DNA from: a virus | Taxonomy: Duplodnaviria > Caudoviricetes | Length of the DNA stretch: 31,834 nucleotides | IMG/VR virus record: IMGVR_UViG_3300032884_000329 | Location: 1-31,834 of that record | Direction: 5' to 3' (one strand) | In this document: positions 7,001 to 13,714 of the stretch, one piece after another | Layout of the letters: every line of letters starts with the position of its first letter | Position numbering within the stretch: position 1 is the first letter of the stretch | Program-made: the position numbers and the translations under genes | Notes under the pieces: generated by a model | Told to the model about the DNA's origin: nothing | The model's input: only the letters and a program-made list of their open reading frames with translations | Databases searched by the model: none

Positions 7001-9490
7001 CCGGCACCACTTACAATGCTTGGAGAGGCTACCGGTAACCAGCAGATAAAAGAGGTAGGGTTGTGGGGTACCACCGTTTCCGCACAGGTACTTAATGCTG
7101 GGTTAAACCCGGTTGGGTCAACTACACAGGCCGGTGAAAACTTCTTCGCCGGATCAGCAATGGGAGTTAATAAACTACAAGGCTCCCCGCTTACAAACGA
7201 TCAGGCATACCAACAGGGAGTGAATATCCAAAAAGATTGGGGAAACCTGGTGAAAGGCGGGACGGAGTTTGCAACAGATGTAGCAATTGCGTCAAATCCT
7301 GGGACCGCGTTGCTTAAACCGGCTGGGATTGACATCGCTCCCGCAATGAAGGAATTTACTACGAATATAACAGTTCCAATTGCAACCAACCCGGTTGGTG
7401 GGTCCCTCGCAGTCCTGGAAGGAGTTGGAATGGGTGCCGGGTTTGAACTTCTTGGTGCGATTCCCCTTGCAGGAGCTAAGTTTGGTTCTGCCCCGGTTAT
7501 TGGTGGATTAATTTCAAAGGTACCCGCACTTGGAGAAGTTACAGTTGGTACCGCTGCAACGTATGGGTTTGCAGGAGGGATGGTTACGCTGGGAGGTATT
7601 GAAATAGCAACCTCGCCAACACCATCAGCAACCGCGGGTCAGTTAGTAGGTACCGCCGGATTGTTTATGGCTGGTGGGATAATGAGTCCAGGTATAAAGG
7701 GAATAACGGAGATTCCGGGGGATATGGGAAGGACCACACTTAGGGGGTTGGATTATCTGGAAACCGGTTTAGATAAATCCGGGTTTGAATTTAAGGCATT
7801 TACGCAGAATCCTGGGCATATTGATATAAACCCCGCTACACTTATGGCAGAACAGAGAAAACTTCCAAAACAAACTCCACAAGAATATGTTCCAACGTTT
7901 GATGTAACGAATCTCATACCTGAAAAAGTTACATTGGATATTCAGAGAGGAACCCCATCTGCAAAAGCACCTGATATTATGGAGATTGATGTAACCTCTC
8001 TATCTGGAAAGGACTGGTCCGTTACAAAACTAAATTGGGACAAAGTGGATTTAACCAAAATAAAATCCAAGCAGCCAGTAGAATACGAACCAATTAATCC
8101 AAACGTGCGTGAAAATATATTTGAGGGTAAAACATATGAGCAGATAGACGCACTACAATCATACCTTGGGGGAAAATCTAGTGAGATTACTACAAGAATG
8201 CGTGGAGAAACACCGGATTACATTACCCTTAAACCAGAAGATGCAATCCTGCGTGGGGATATTATAAACAATATGGCTACTGATAAAACAATTCAACTCG
8301 AAGGCACAATATACCGTGGAGTCCGGGGAGGAGAAGCGGAACAAATCGCGGGGATGAAAATTGGAGAGTTATATGATCCAAAATCGGTAAAATCATATAC
8401 CCTGGATGCGGGTGTTGCCAGGATGTTTGGGAAAGATACTGTAATTCAATCAAACCTAAAAGGCGGGGAAAAAGGAATTTATATTGGTGGATCTGAGAAT
8501 GAGATACTTTTCCCAAAAACAGCAGGGTTTATAAAATTAGGCGAAACAAAGGTTGGATCAACCACATATGTAAAAGGGATTAATGTAGATACCAGCGCCA
8601 TTAAGTTTACTGGTGTTGAATTACCAAATCTTCGTGTAGAACCCGGGACCGGAATGAAAGTATCTGATTGGCCACAAAAGGTTTATCGCCCAACGGTACC
8701 AGAAGAGTATATTCTAGCATTTGAAAAGAGTGCAAAGATGTCAAAGGCATTTCCATCACCAACAGATGTGGTATTCACAACAACGGGTGGAAATATCCGG
8801 GTACGGCCAGATATAATCTCGATTGTAGGGCTTGGGAATGTCCCAGACATCATTAATTCAAACAGAAGGACCCCGGTTACAATAACAAATACAAACCTTG
8901 ATATGGGATTCTCTAATGATCTATGGCAGACAAACGATCAACAGAAGAAACAGAAGGTCATACCTGTTACTAGGAATTATCCTGAAATTGACGTAACACC
9001 TGTGTTTGATGTCACTCCGATCTTTGATGTAACCCCGATAACAGGGAAGAAACCAATCGTTGACTTTGTTCCTATTATGGACCAGTTCCCCATTATTTCA
9101 ACGTTCCCGATCATGGATCAGACACCCATTACAACACAAAATCCTATTGTAACACAGTTCCCGATCATGGATCAGTTCCCTATTACCGGGCAGGTGCCAA
9201 TCTATGATACAACCCCCATTACAATCCAAACCCCCATTACAACAACGACCCCTATAATCACAAATATACCTCTCTTCGATACATTCCCAATATACGAACA
9301 GACACCGATATGGGAGTTCCCCAGGCCCAAGTCGGCATACCCCAAGGAATTTAGTATGATCCCCAACCTTGGCGGTGGCGGCGGGGGCAACGGTGCAGGG
9401 TGGTTGGGTTCCCACAACTTCGGTGAATATGCACCCCTCGGGTCTTACTCGTCCAACCTGTTTGGATTATTACCAAAGGGGTTCTTCTAA
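4064..9490 (+). CDS. 1808-aa polyvalent protein: zincin HEXXH motif, hydrophobic segment, ADP-ribosyltransferase domain, hexapeptide repeats
   Basis: HEGGH at aa 751-755; Gly/Ala hydrophobic helices about aa 1100-1215; IYRG (R1418), KSYT (S1444), ENE (E1478/E1480); no signal peptide. Confidence 0.8.
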   Translation: MATDPAAVTTNNANNSDPALIVQQQAAQTAANTQMQVIQNMQYNRNRETRYNAEDLSYEKQATNQSWQDVNTTGQFVDPGLAPLNIFYGPNPNGFPSSNQNSPQPTLMPSVPLEAYQHFKNLTEAEITAGNKQYEVNQKFSSQFTVAQKDNILDTLGMVNADPNLVTIDPNMYNRYLAAEVVNTQMEKQQYLSQPAQVTPEQVIQIKQGFGWDENTPGAKDWVPTNRDLQYYNTVALPEYVKVVGASPGVTIPVQSTPPAATADTWRMGSGGPTAYVDPYTYMQQQKQALIDSGLGGYTPPAQTLTVAQPIAPLTAAQILQGDTYINPTKGMANPFIAPIGQPVYESDVLREFGSMGAQLRGASNLPVNIVYSDINPGQVVIKHQGYWGGSKENSVTGYETPIIMDVTSNNDLVGVADYNKRMNSIASYTAGMRQYAVNQDVAINQSPMNTKNFAKDVAIYQSGDTSNMDAYMQGMKVVSENPMSNPVSQVKVIPFADLSGINTGIGNINQQFSQPQVAQPTGGQAIVPMKYPAPEFDILGMAVNLTQAPGKIITAGISSIGEGVMNFVSPSQPTGGSSPVSQPGSFATYQPSPPFILGNASASSPMYATEGRNIELYPISKPYISVGHSAPLTKEINIVNFDYPGTPEQIKNMLSSSLIPKDVGFNVRNVTPGEKPFVQKGSSLFVTEPNTIVLFGPGSKNYLADQSNIAGYAGPVNNRANAIEGMGGVVSSISLGSSNPGETLAERIYHEGGHIFGWPMDNMNTSIYAKVTPVPTQSPVGYYNWMAGNRATTGISSIPPAPQPTVAPTDTFGAIGKGFSDFGAGVMGLNQQIAQALPIGGAVNAPAVITGYDIKQVGTDSVIVGYNTQQVGMSAPTIVGYETKQVGTETKIVGYDSKMLNIDISNGLAQSGFTSIIGKGNFTDKNLSPANTPIGNQDLSYNPLSQKFEQIPSNVTSWSQGIPGYESGGIGKQIVSFFPAPLTMLGEATGNQQIKEVGLWGTTVSAQVLNAGLNPVGSTTQAGENFFAGSAMGVNKLQGSPLTNDQAYQQGVNIQKDWGNLVKGGTEFATDVAIASNPGTALLKPAGIDIAPAMKEFTTNITVPIATNPVGGSLAVLEGVGMGAGFELLGAIPLAGAKFGSAPVIGGLISKVPALGEVTVGTAATYGFAGGMVTLGGIEIATSPTPSATAGQLVGTAGLFMAGGIMSPGIKGITEIPGDMGRTTLRGLDYLETGLDKSGFEFKAFTQNPGHIDINPATLMAEQRKLPKQTPQEYVPTFDVTNLIPEKVTLDIQRGTPSAKAPDIMEIDVTSLSGKDWSVTKLNWDKVDLTKIKSKQPVEYEPINPNVRENIFEGKTYEQIDALQSYLGGKSSEITTRMRGETPDYITLKPEDAILRGDIINNMATDKTIQLEGTIYRGVRGGEAEQIAGMKIGELYDPKSVKSYTLDAGVARMFGKDTVIQSNLKGGEKGIYIGGSENEILFPKTAGFIKLGETKVGSTTYVKGINVDTSAIKFTGVELPNLRVEPGTGMKVSDWPQKVYRPTVPEEYILAFEKSAKMSKAFPSPTDVVFTTTGGNIRVRPDIISIVGLGNVPDIINSNRRTPVTITNTNLDMGFSNDLWQTNDQQKKQKVIPVTRNYPEIDVTPVFDVTPIFDVTPITGKKPIVDFVPIMDQFPIISTFPIMDQTPITTQNPIVTQFPIMDQFPITGQVPIYDTTPITIQTPITTTTPIITNIPLFDTFPIYEQTPIWEFPRPKSAYPKEFSMIPNLGGGGGGNGAGWLGSHNFGEYAPLGSYSSNLFGLLPKGFF
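6608..6760 (+). repeat. Four 14-15 aa repeats I(V/T)GYxxxQVG
   Basis: ITGYDIKQVG / IVGYNTQQVG / IVGYETKQVG / IVGYDSK. Confidence 0.85.
8990..9313 (+). repeat. 18 in-phase hexapeptide repeats xxxP(I/V/L)x
   Basis: DVTPVF DVTPIF DVTPIT GKKPIV ... DTFPIY EQTPIW; 18-nt period. Confidence 0.9.
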
Positions 9491-9634
9491 ATGAGGATGA
9501 TTATAAGGAATGGGATAATGAAAGGATTTAGTTCAAACAATCGCACAATCACAGAGCGGGACATGCTGAAAGGTGCTGATATCCCGAAGAAGTTAGGAGT
9601 AACCCCTTTTGGTAGGGAGTTAAAAAGAAGATAA
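9491..9634 (+). CDS. 47-aa basic peptide
   Basis: Hand translation MRMIIRNG...GRELKRR; ATG directly after the giant gene stop. Confidence 0.5.
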   Translation: MRMIIRNGIMKGFSSNNRTITERDMLKGADIPKKLGVTPFGRELKRR

Positions 9635-9792
9635 ATCAATAACTTTTATATTCTTCTCTCGTTCCTTCTCGTTCTTTTTACAGTCCCGGATAGTAAGTGC
9701 AATACACCTGCACAATGCGGTTTTTACATCTTCTCTCATACATACCTGATAGAACGATAAACTATATACTCTTTGTGTGCGTGTGTATATTT

Positions 9793-9945
9793 ATGAAAAG
9801 AAAATGCGTAAATTGTGGAAGTAGTAATATTATCTGCAGGGTAGAGGGATCGGTGTTCTGTAGAAAGTGCGGATGGGATACCCGAAATGTAATGGCATTT
9901 ACAGGTGTGAAACTTCCAGACCTTACAAAAGAACCGGGGACATAA
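9793..9945 (+). CDS. TFIIB-type zinc-ribbon protein
   Basis: CVNCGS...CRKCG; TATATA 24 nt upstream of ATG 9793. Confidence 0.7.
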   Translation: MKRKCVNCGSSNIICRVEGSVFCRKCGWDTRNVMAFTGVKLPDLTKEPGT

Positions 9946-9992
9946 GTAAAATCCACAACACTTTTTTATACTATCGTTTTAAATAGTGTAGC

Positions 9993-10115
9993 ATGGGAAT
10001 TAGGGTACCTTCTCAGGCAAAGCAGTTTACGGGGTTCAGAAAGAACGCCGCATTCGTAGACAGCAAAGAAAAGAAGACTATCGGGGTGATCCGCAATGGC
10101 ACACAAAAGACGTAA
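9993..10115 (+). CDS. 40-aa basic peptide
   Basis: Hand translation MGIRVPSQAKQF...; TTTATA 22 nt upstream (leaderless). Confidence 0.5.
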   Translation: MGIRVPSQAKQFTGFRKNAAFVDSKEKKTIGVIRNGTQKT

Positions 10116-10254
10116 CTCCAAAGGACGTAAGATGGGCGGAATTTACGTTGGCCCTGCCGCTATGGAGAACATGCGTGAAAAGATTGCGGGACCCGCAATT
10201 GCACCGAATAAAGCGAACACCATCGCCCGTGAGGTTACGGGCAGGAGAGTATAA
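10096..10254 (+). CDS. 52-aa basic peptide MAHKRRNSKGRKMGG...
   Basis: Strong RBS GGGGTGAT upstream; hand translation. Confidence 0.65.
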   Translation: MAHKRRNSKGRKMGGIYVGPAAMENMREKIAGPAIAPNKANTIAREVTGRRV

Positions 10255-10256
10255 TC

Positions 10257-10406
10257 ATGAATTTTGAACCGAAACACCCCTACCACAAGTTACAGAACCA
10301 CCTTATCGGCGGCCACGTTCCTGGATTTTCAGAGGGTAACGACAACGTTGAAAAGAAAGTCCTCGGGAGAGAGATCCCCAACGGGTCAAAACGCCGGGGG
10401 CGTTAA
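10257..10406 (+). CDS. 49-aa peptide with basic C-terminus
   Basis: MNFEPKHPYH...KRRGR; starts 2 nt after the previous stop, GGAG upstream. Confidence 0.55.
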   Translation: MNFEPKHPYHKLQNHLIGGHVPGFSEGNDNVEKKVLGREIPNGSKRRGR

Positions 10407-10408
10407 TA

Positions 10409-10675
10409 CTGGCAGCATCAAAAGTATCCCAGCAGCCTAAATCCATCGTTTCGGAAGAGGCAGAGCAGACCCTTACAGAGAAGGAAGCATACGCATTCGC
10501 AATCCAGCAGGTAGACCTTGCTGTAGCGGATATCGCTTCACAGGAAGCCATTCAGATGCTTCTCCTTCAGCAGAGGTCCCAGGCTATTGTGCGTGGGATG
10601 CTGAAACTCCGTGAGCTTGCGGGGCTGGATAATTCCATCTACGCTCCTAAGCCTACTCCGGTTGAAGACGAGTAA
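10409..10675 (+). CDS. 88-aa helical protein with probable CTG start
   Basis: Open frame AASKVSQQPK...PVEDE; in-frame stop at 10349 with no ATG/GTG/TTG before the CTG; G-rich RBS upstream. Confidence 0.55.
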   Translation: MAASKVSQQPKSIVSEEAEQTLTEKEAYAFAIQQVDLAVADIASQEAIQMLLLQQRSQAIVRGMLKLRELAGLDNSIYAPKPTPVEDE

Positions 10676-10715
10676 CCCCAAACTCTTTTTATAGTTTTAA
10701 CGTCTATTGTCACTC

Positions 10716-11000
10716 ATGGATAATGAAGACGGATCGGTAGCAATGATCGCCTGGGTCCCAATAACGATTCTTGTGGCACTTTTTTGCTGGTCGGCGCTAG
10801 GAAAATGCGTGGATTTACTTTCAACCTTCCAGAACAAGTTCGCCGCTGCCAACCCGTCTATCCCGGTAAGTGCGGATCGTGCGATGTATACTGGATGGAT
10901 GCTAACGGGATATCAGGCCCTTTTATTGGTGGGAATAGTTTTACCGATCCTTTATTATGCGATCCTTGTGTCCCGTAGACGGAATGATTCAAATATTTAA
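10716..11000 (+). CDS. Two-hydrophobic-helix protein, candidate major virion protein
   Basis: Likely ATG 10716, 22 nt after TTTTTATA; two TM helices, basic C-terminus (SRRR). Confidence 0.65.
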   Translation: MDNEDGSVAMIAWVPITILVALFCWSALGKCVDLLSTFQNKFAAANPSIPVSADRAMYTGWMLTGYQALLLVGIVLPILYYAILVSRRRNDSNI

Positions 11001-11075
11001 TCAGCCTCTTTTTATAGCAAAAGTATTTTCATAAAGAAAAGTATATAACCTCTACAAAGAGGTTCGTGATACTTT

Positions 11076-11555
11076 ATGCCCCCAGCTCCACCACCGCAAC
11101 AGACTCCAACCCAGAAGGCACAGGCGCAGCAGCAAAACCAAACTCCTGCTAACACACCTGCTCCGGCACAACAGCCCGCGGGTGGTCCTCCGCAGTTAAA
11201 CCAGAAAGCGTTAAATGTTTATGCGAAGCAACTTGCCAGGTCGGATAGTAGAGTTAAGAATAGAAGACCGCGGGTGTCATCACGCCGCGTAGTGCAGGGT
11301 GCCGTAACCGTGCAGGGTGCGATTTTAGGATCCATCCTAGGTTCCGTGATCCTCCTTGCCATCATGGTATCGTTAGGTCCTCTTGTGGACTTCTTCCAGG
11401 CTTGGCTAATGAACCAGCCGGGGAACCCTTACGCGGCACCTGTGCTTGATATGTTCCCCTGGATTTACATATTCATCTTCACATCCTGGGTAGTGTATAT
11501 CATTGCAATATGGCGGGCCGCAACCCAGCAGGGTAGTTACGGGGTGTATGATTGA
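11076..11555 (+). CDS. Two-hydrophobic-helix protein with Pro/Gln-rich and Arg-rich N-terminal extension; paralogue-like of 10716-11000
   Basis: Shared LGxxVD(L/F)(L/F)...NP pattern between the helices; own TATATAA at 11042-11048. Confidence 0.65.
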   Translation: MPPAPPPQQTPTQKAQAQQQNQTPANTPAPAQQPAGGPPQLNQKALNVYAKQLARSDSRVKNRRPRVSSRRVVQGAVTVQGAILGSILGSVILLAIMVSLGPLVDFFQAWLMNQPGNPYAAPVLDMFPWIYIFIFTSWVVYIIAIWRAATQQGSYGVYD

Positions 11556-13318
11556 TGTATAAGAAATTACTTTTGATTTTAGCGGTTCTGCTTCTGGTTG
11601 GCGGGGTTAGTGCGGGGTTAACGTGGATCCCGCATGGATACCCTACGCAGTATTACACCGCACAGGACGGAAACGATGTGGTTGTTAAATATAATATTCC
11701 AGGGACCTTTGGATTTATATTACCAACTGGGATAACCGAATACCAATATTTAGTTGTAGCTGGTGGGGGTGGTGGAAGTGGATTTTTAATCCATAGTCCC
11801 ATACAATCCGGGGATTATTCTGGTGGGTCTGGCGGTGCCGGGGGTTTACTCAATGGAACACAGAACCTTACCGGATATACAGACCCCATAACAATTGTTG
11901 TTGGAGGTGGAGGACTTGGTGGAGGTGTCGGAAATACCCGGGCGAATAGTGGTACAAACTCTACGTTTAATAATATAACTGCAATCGGTGGTGGATATGG
12001 GGGCGCAGGATTAACCACGTATAAAGATGGATCATCCGGTGGTTCCGGGGGTGGGGGAGCTGCAGATGAATATGGTTCCACTTACGGTTCTGGGGGTGCG
12101 GGTACAGGTGGTCAGGGATATGGGGGTTATGCCGGGGCGAGTATTTCCCCGGGAGCGGGTGGTGGCGCTGGTGGCGCTGCCACCAGTGATGCTGGTGGCG
12201 CTGGGGTTTCAAATAGTATTTCCGGGTCTGCTGTGACATACTCTGTTGGTGGGTGTAACCCGATATATCAAAGTTATTTCCCCGCAAATCCGGGTGATGG
12301 TGGGCATTCCGGGCTTTACTCTGGTGGTAACACCAATGGTAATGACGGAATAGTATACATCCGCTACAACGGTACCGCACCGGCATCAAATTCTACGGGG
12401 GCATCGTCTTACAACCAGAACCTTCTTTATACCCCGCATTTATGCAGGATGTATTTCACAGACGAATGGGGCAACCGTCTTTCCGGGCTTACTATTAATG
12501 CTACACCAACCGGGCAGACTTCCGTTCCGGCATCCTGGCTGAACATCGTATTAGGCATCCCGGTAAATGCCTCCATGCCTAGCACATCGCTTTCCGGCAC
12601 ATCCAGCACAGACGGTTCGATTACGTTCCTCATGGTAGAGGTAATCCAGTATAGCGTGGTTGTATCCGGAACGTCACCTATAAACGGGGCTACGATTTAC
12701 CAGGTGGTTACGTTCTACCCGAAGGATACCGATTACACCATTAAAATCAATACCGGACTATCGCCAAACCTTCAGGCGTATCCGACCTACAACCTTACGG
12801 ATTATCTCTCAACAAATGAAACAACGATAAACCTCACGATGAACTACACCGATACAAGCGGTGCAACAACAAACCTTACGTTCTACGTGCGTAAAAACAA
12901 TGCAACAATGGTTTCAACCCAGGTGATAGGTGGGAGTGGATCCGCATACTTCGTGATAAACAACACCAAGGGGGACTCATACACCTACGGGTTCAACGCA
13001 ACGAACTCCCTGGGGACCAACGGGGTAATTGAAGGGTGGAAGGATGTAACCCCAAAGGGTTCCGGAGCCCTGTTTGACTTCGGGCTTGATATGAATACCC
13101 GGATGTGGATTGCGCTTGCCTTTATCTTCCTCTTTACCGCAATGTGGGGGACCACCTCTGTTAAGCAGGGTGCTTTCCTTGTGCCGTTCTTCGGTGCCGG
13201 AATATTCTGGTATATCGGGTGGTTACCGGCAGCGTTAGGGACTGTGATCTTTATCATGTCGTTTATCGGAGCTCTGTATTACATGCGTGGCCAGGAAAAT
13301 AAGACTGTGGAGGCTTAA
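11552..13318 (+). CDS. Secreted, membrane-anchored glycine-rich surface protein (adhesin/spike candidate)
   Basis: Signal peptide (KKLLLIL...VSA), Gly-rich domain YLVVAGGGGG...GIVYIRY, beta-rich middle, three C-terminal TM helices, many NxS/T. Confidence 0.8.
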   Translation: MMYKKLLLILAVLLLVGGVSAGLTWIPHGYPTQYYTAQDGNDVVVKYNIPGTFGFILPTGITEYQYLVVAGGGGGSGFLIHSPIQSGDYSGGSGGAGGLLNGTQNLTGYTDPITIVVGGGGLGGGVGNTRANSGTNSTFNNITAIGGGYGGAGLTTYKDGSSGGSGGGGAADEYGSTYGSGGAGTGGQGYGGYAGASISPGAGGGAGGAATSDAGGAGVSNSISGSAVTYSVGGCNPIYQSYFPANPGDGGHSGLYSGGNTNGNDGIVYIRYNGTAPASNSTGASSYNQNLLYTPHLCRMYFTDEWGNRLSGLTINATPTGQTSVPASWLNIVLGIPVNASMPSTSLSGTSSTDGSITFLMVEVIQYSVVVSGTSPINGATIYQVVTFYPKDTDYTIKINTGLSPNLQAYPTYNLTDYLSTNETTINLTMNYTDTSGATTNLTFYVRKNNATMVSTQVIGGSGSAYFVINNTKGDSYTYGFNATNSLGTNGVIEGWKDVTPKGSGALFDFGLDMNTRMWIALAFIFLFTAMWGTTSVKQGAFLVPFFGAGIFWYIGWLPAALGTVIFIMSFIGALYYMRGQENKTVEA

Positions 13319-13321
13319 ACC

Positions 13322-13714
13322 ATGCCTCGCTTCTGGGATATTTTTGTCCTTCTAAACTGCCTGACTCTGGGCATCATGCTCGTCAACGGAATGTTCATGT
13401 TCTCTGTGAACTATGCGACCACCCCGAATACCACGGACTCTTACGACCAATCTGCGATACGTACTTCCATAAATCAAAGTAGTACGTCATCTCAATTGGA
13501 CGCATTTACCGCTTCGGTGGGATTCTTCGGGTTGATGATCGGGTTTATCCTGAACTTTGCGGGGCAGACTTTGGGGATGTATGATACGATGACCACGGTG
13601 TTCCACGTACCGTTAATCGTGGTGCAGTGGTTATCGGGATTGCTCGGCCTGATGTGGCTGGCTTTCTTTATACAGCTTATATCCCGTATGGGATGGGGAT
13701 TGGTGAAGGATTAA
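13322..13714 (+). CDS. Membrane protein of the structural block
   Basis: 130 aa, N-terminal and C-terminal hydrophobic helices; GGAGG RBS. Confidence 0.75.
   Translation: MPRFWDIFVLLNCLTLGIMLVNGMFMFSVNYATTPNTTDSYDQSAIRTSINQSSTSSQLDAFTASVGFFGLMIGFILNFAGQTLGMYDTMTTVFHVPLIVVQWLSGLLGLMWLAFFIQLISRMGWGLVKD

Noticed and set aside
4064-9490. Tape-measure protein of a tailed virus
   Set aside because: No tail, portal or terminase genes seen; Pro-rich sequence lacks long helical periodic repeats
9620-9739. 39-aa minus-strand ORF MREDVKTALCRC...
   Set aside because: Weak RBS, no motif, convergent overlap with a plus-strand ORF; insufficient support
13627-13713. N-terminal extension of the PKD protein given by the ORF track
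   Set aside because: Overlaps the upstream gene; RBS and signal peptide point to ATG 13714
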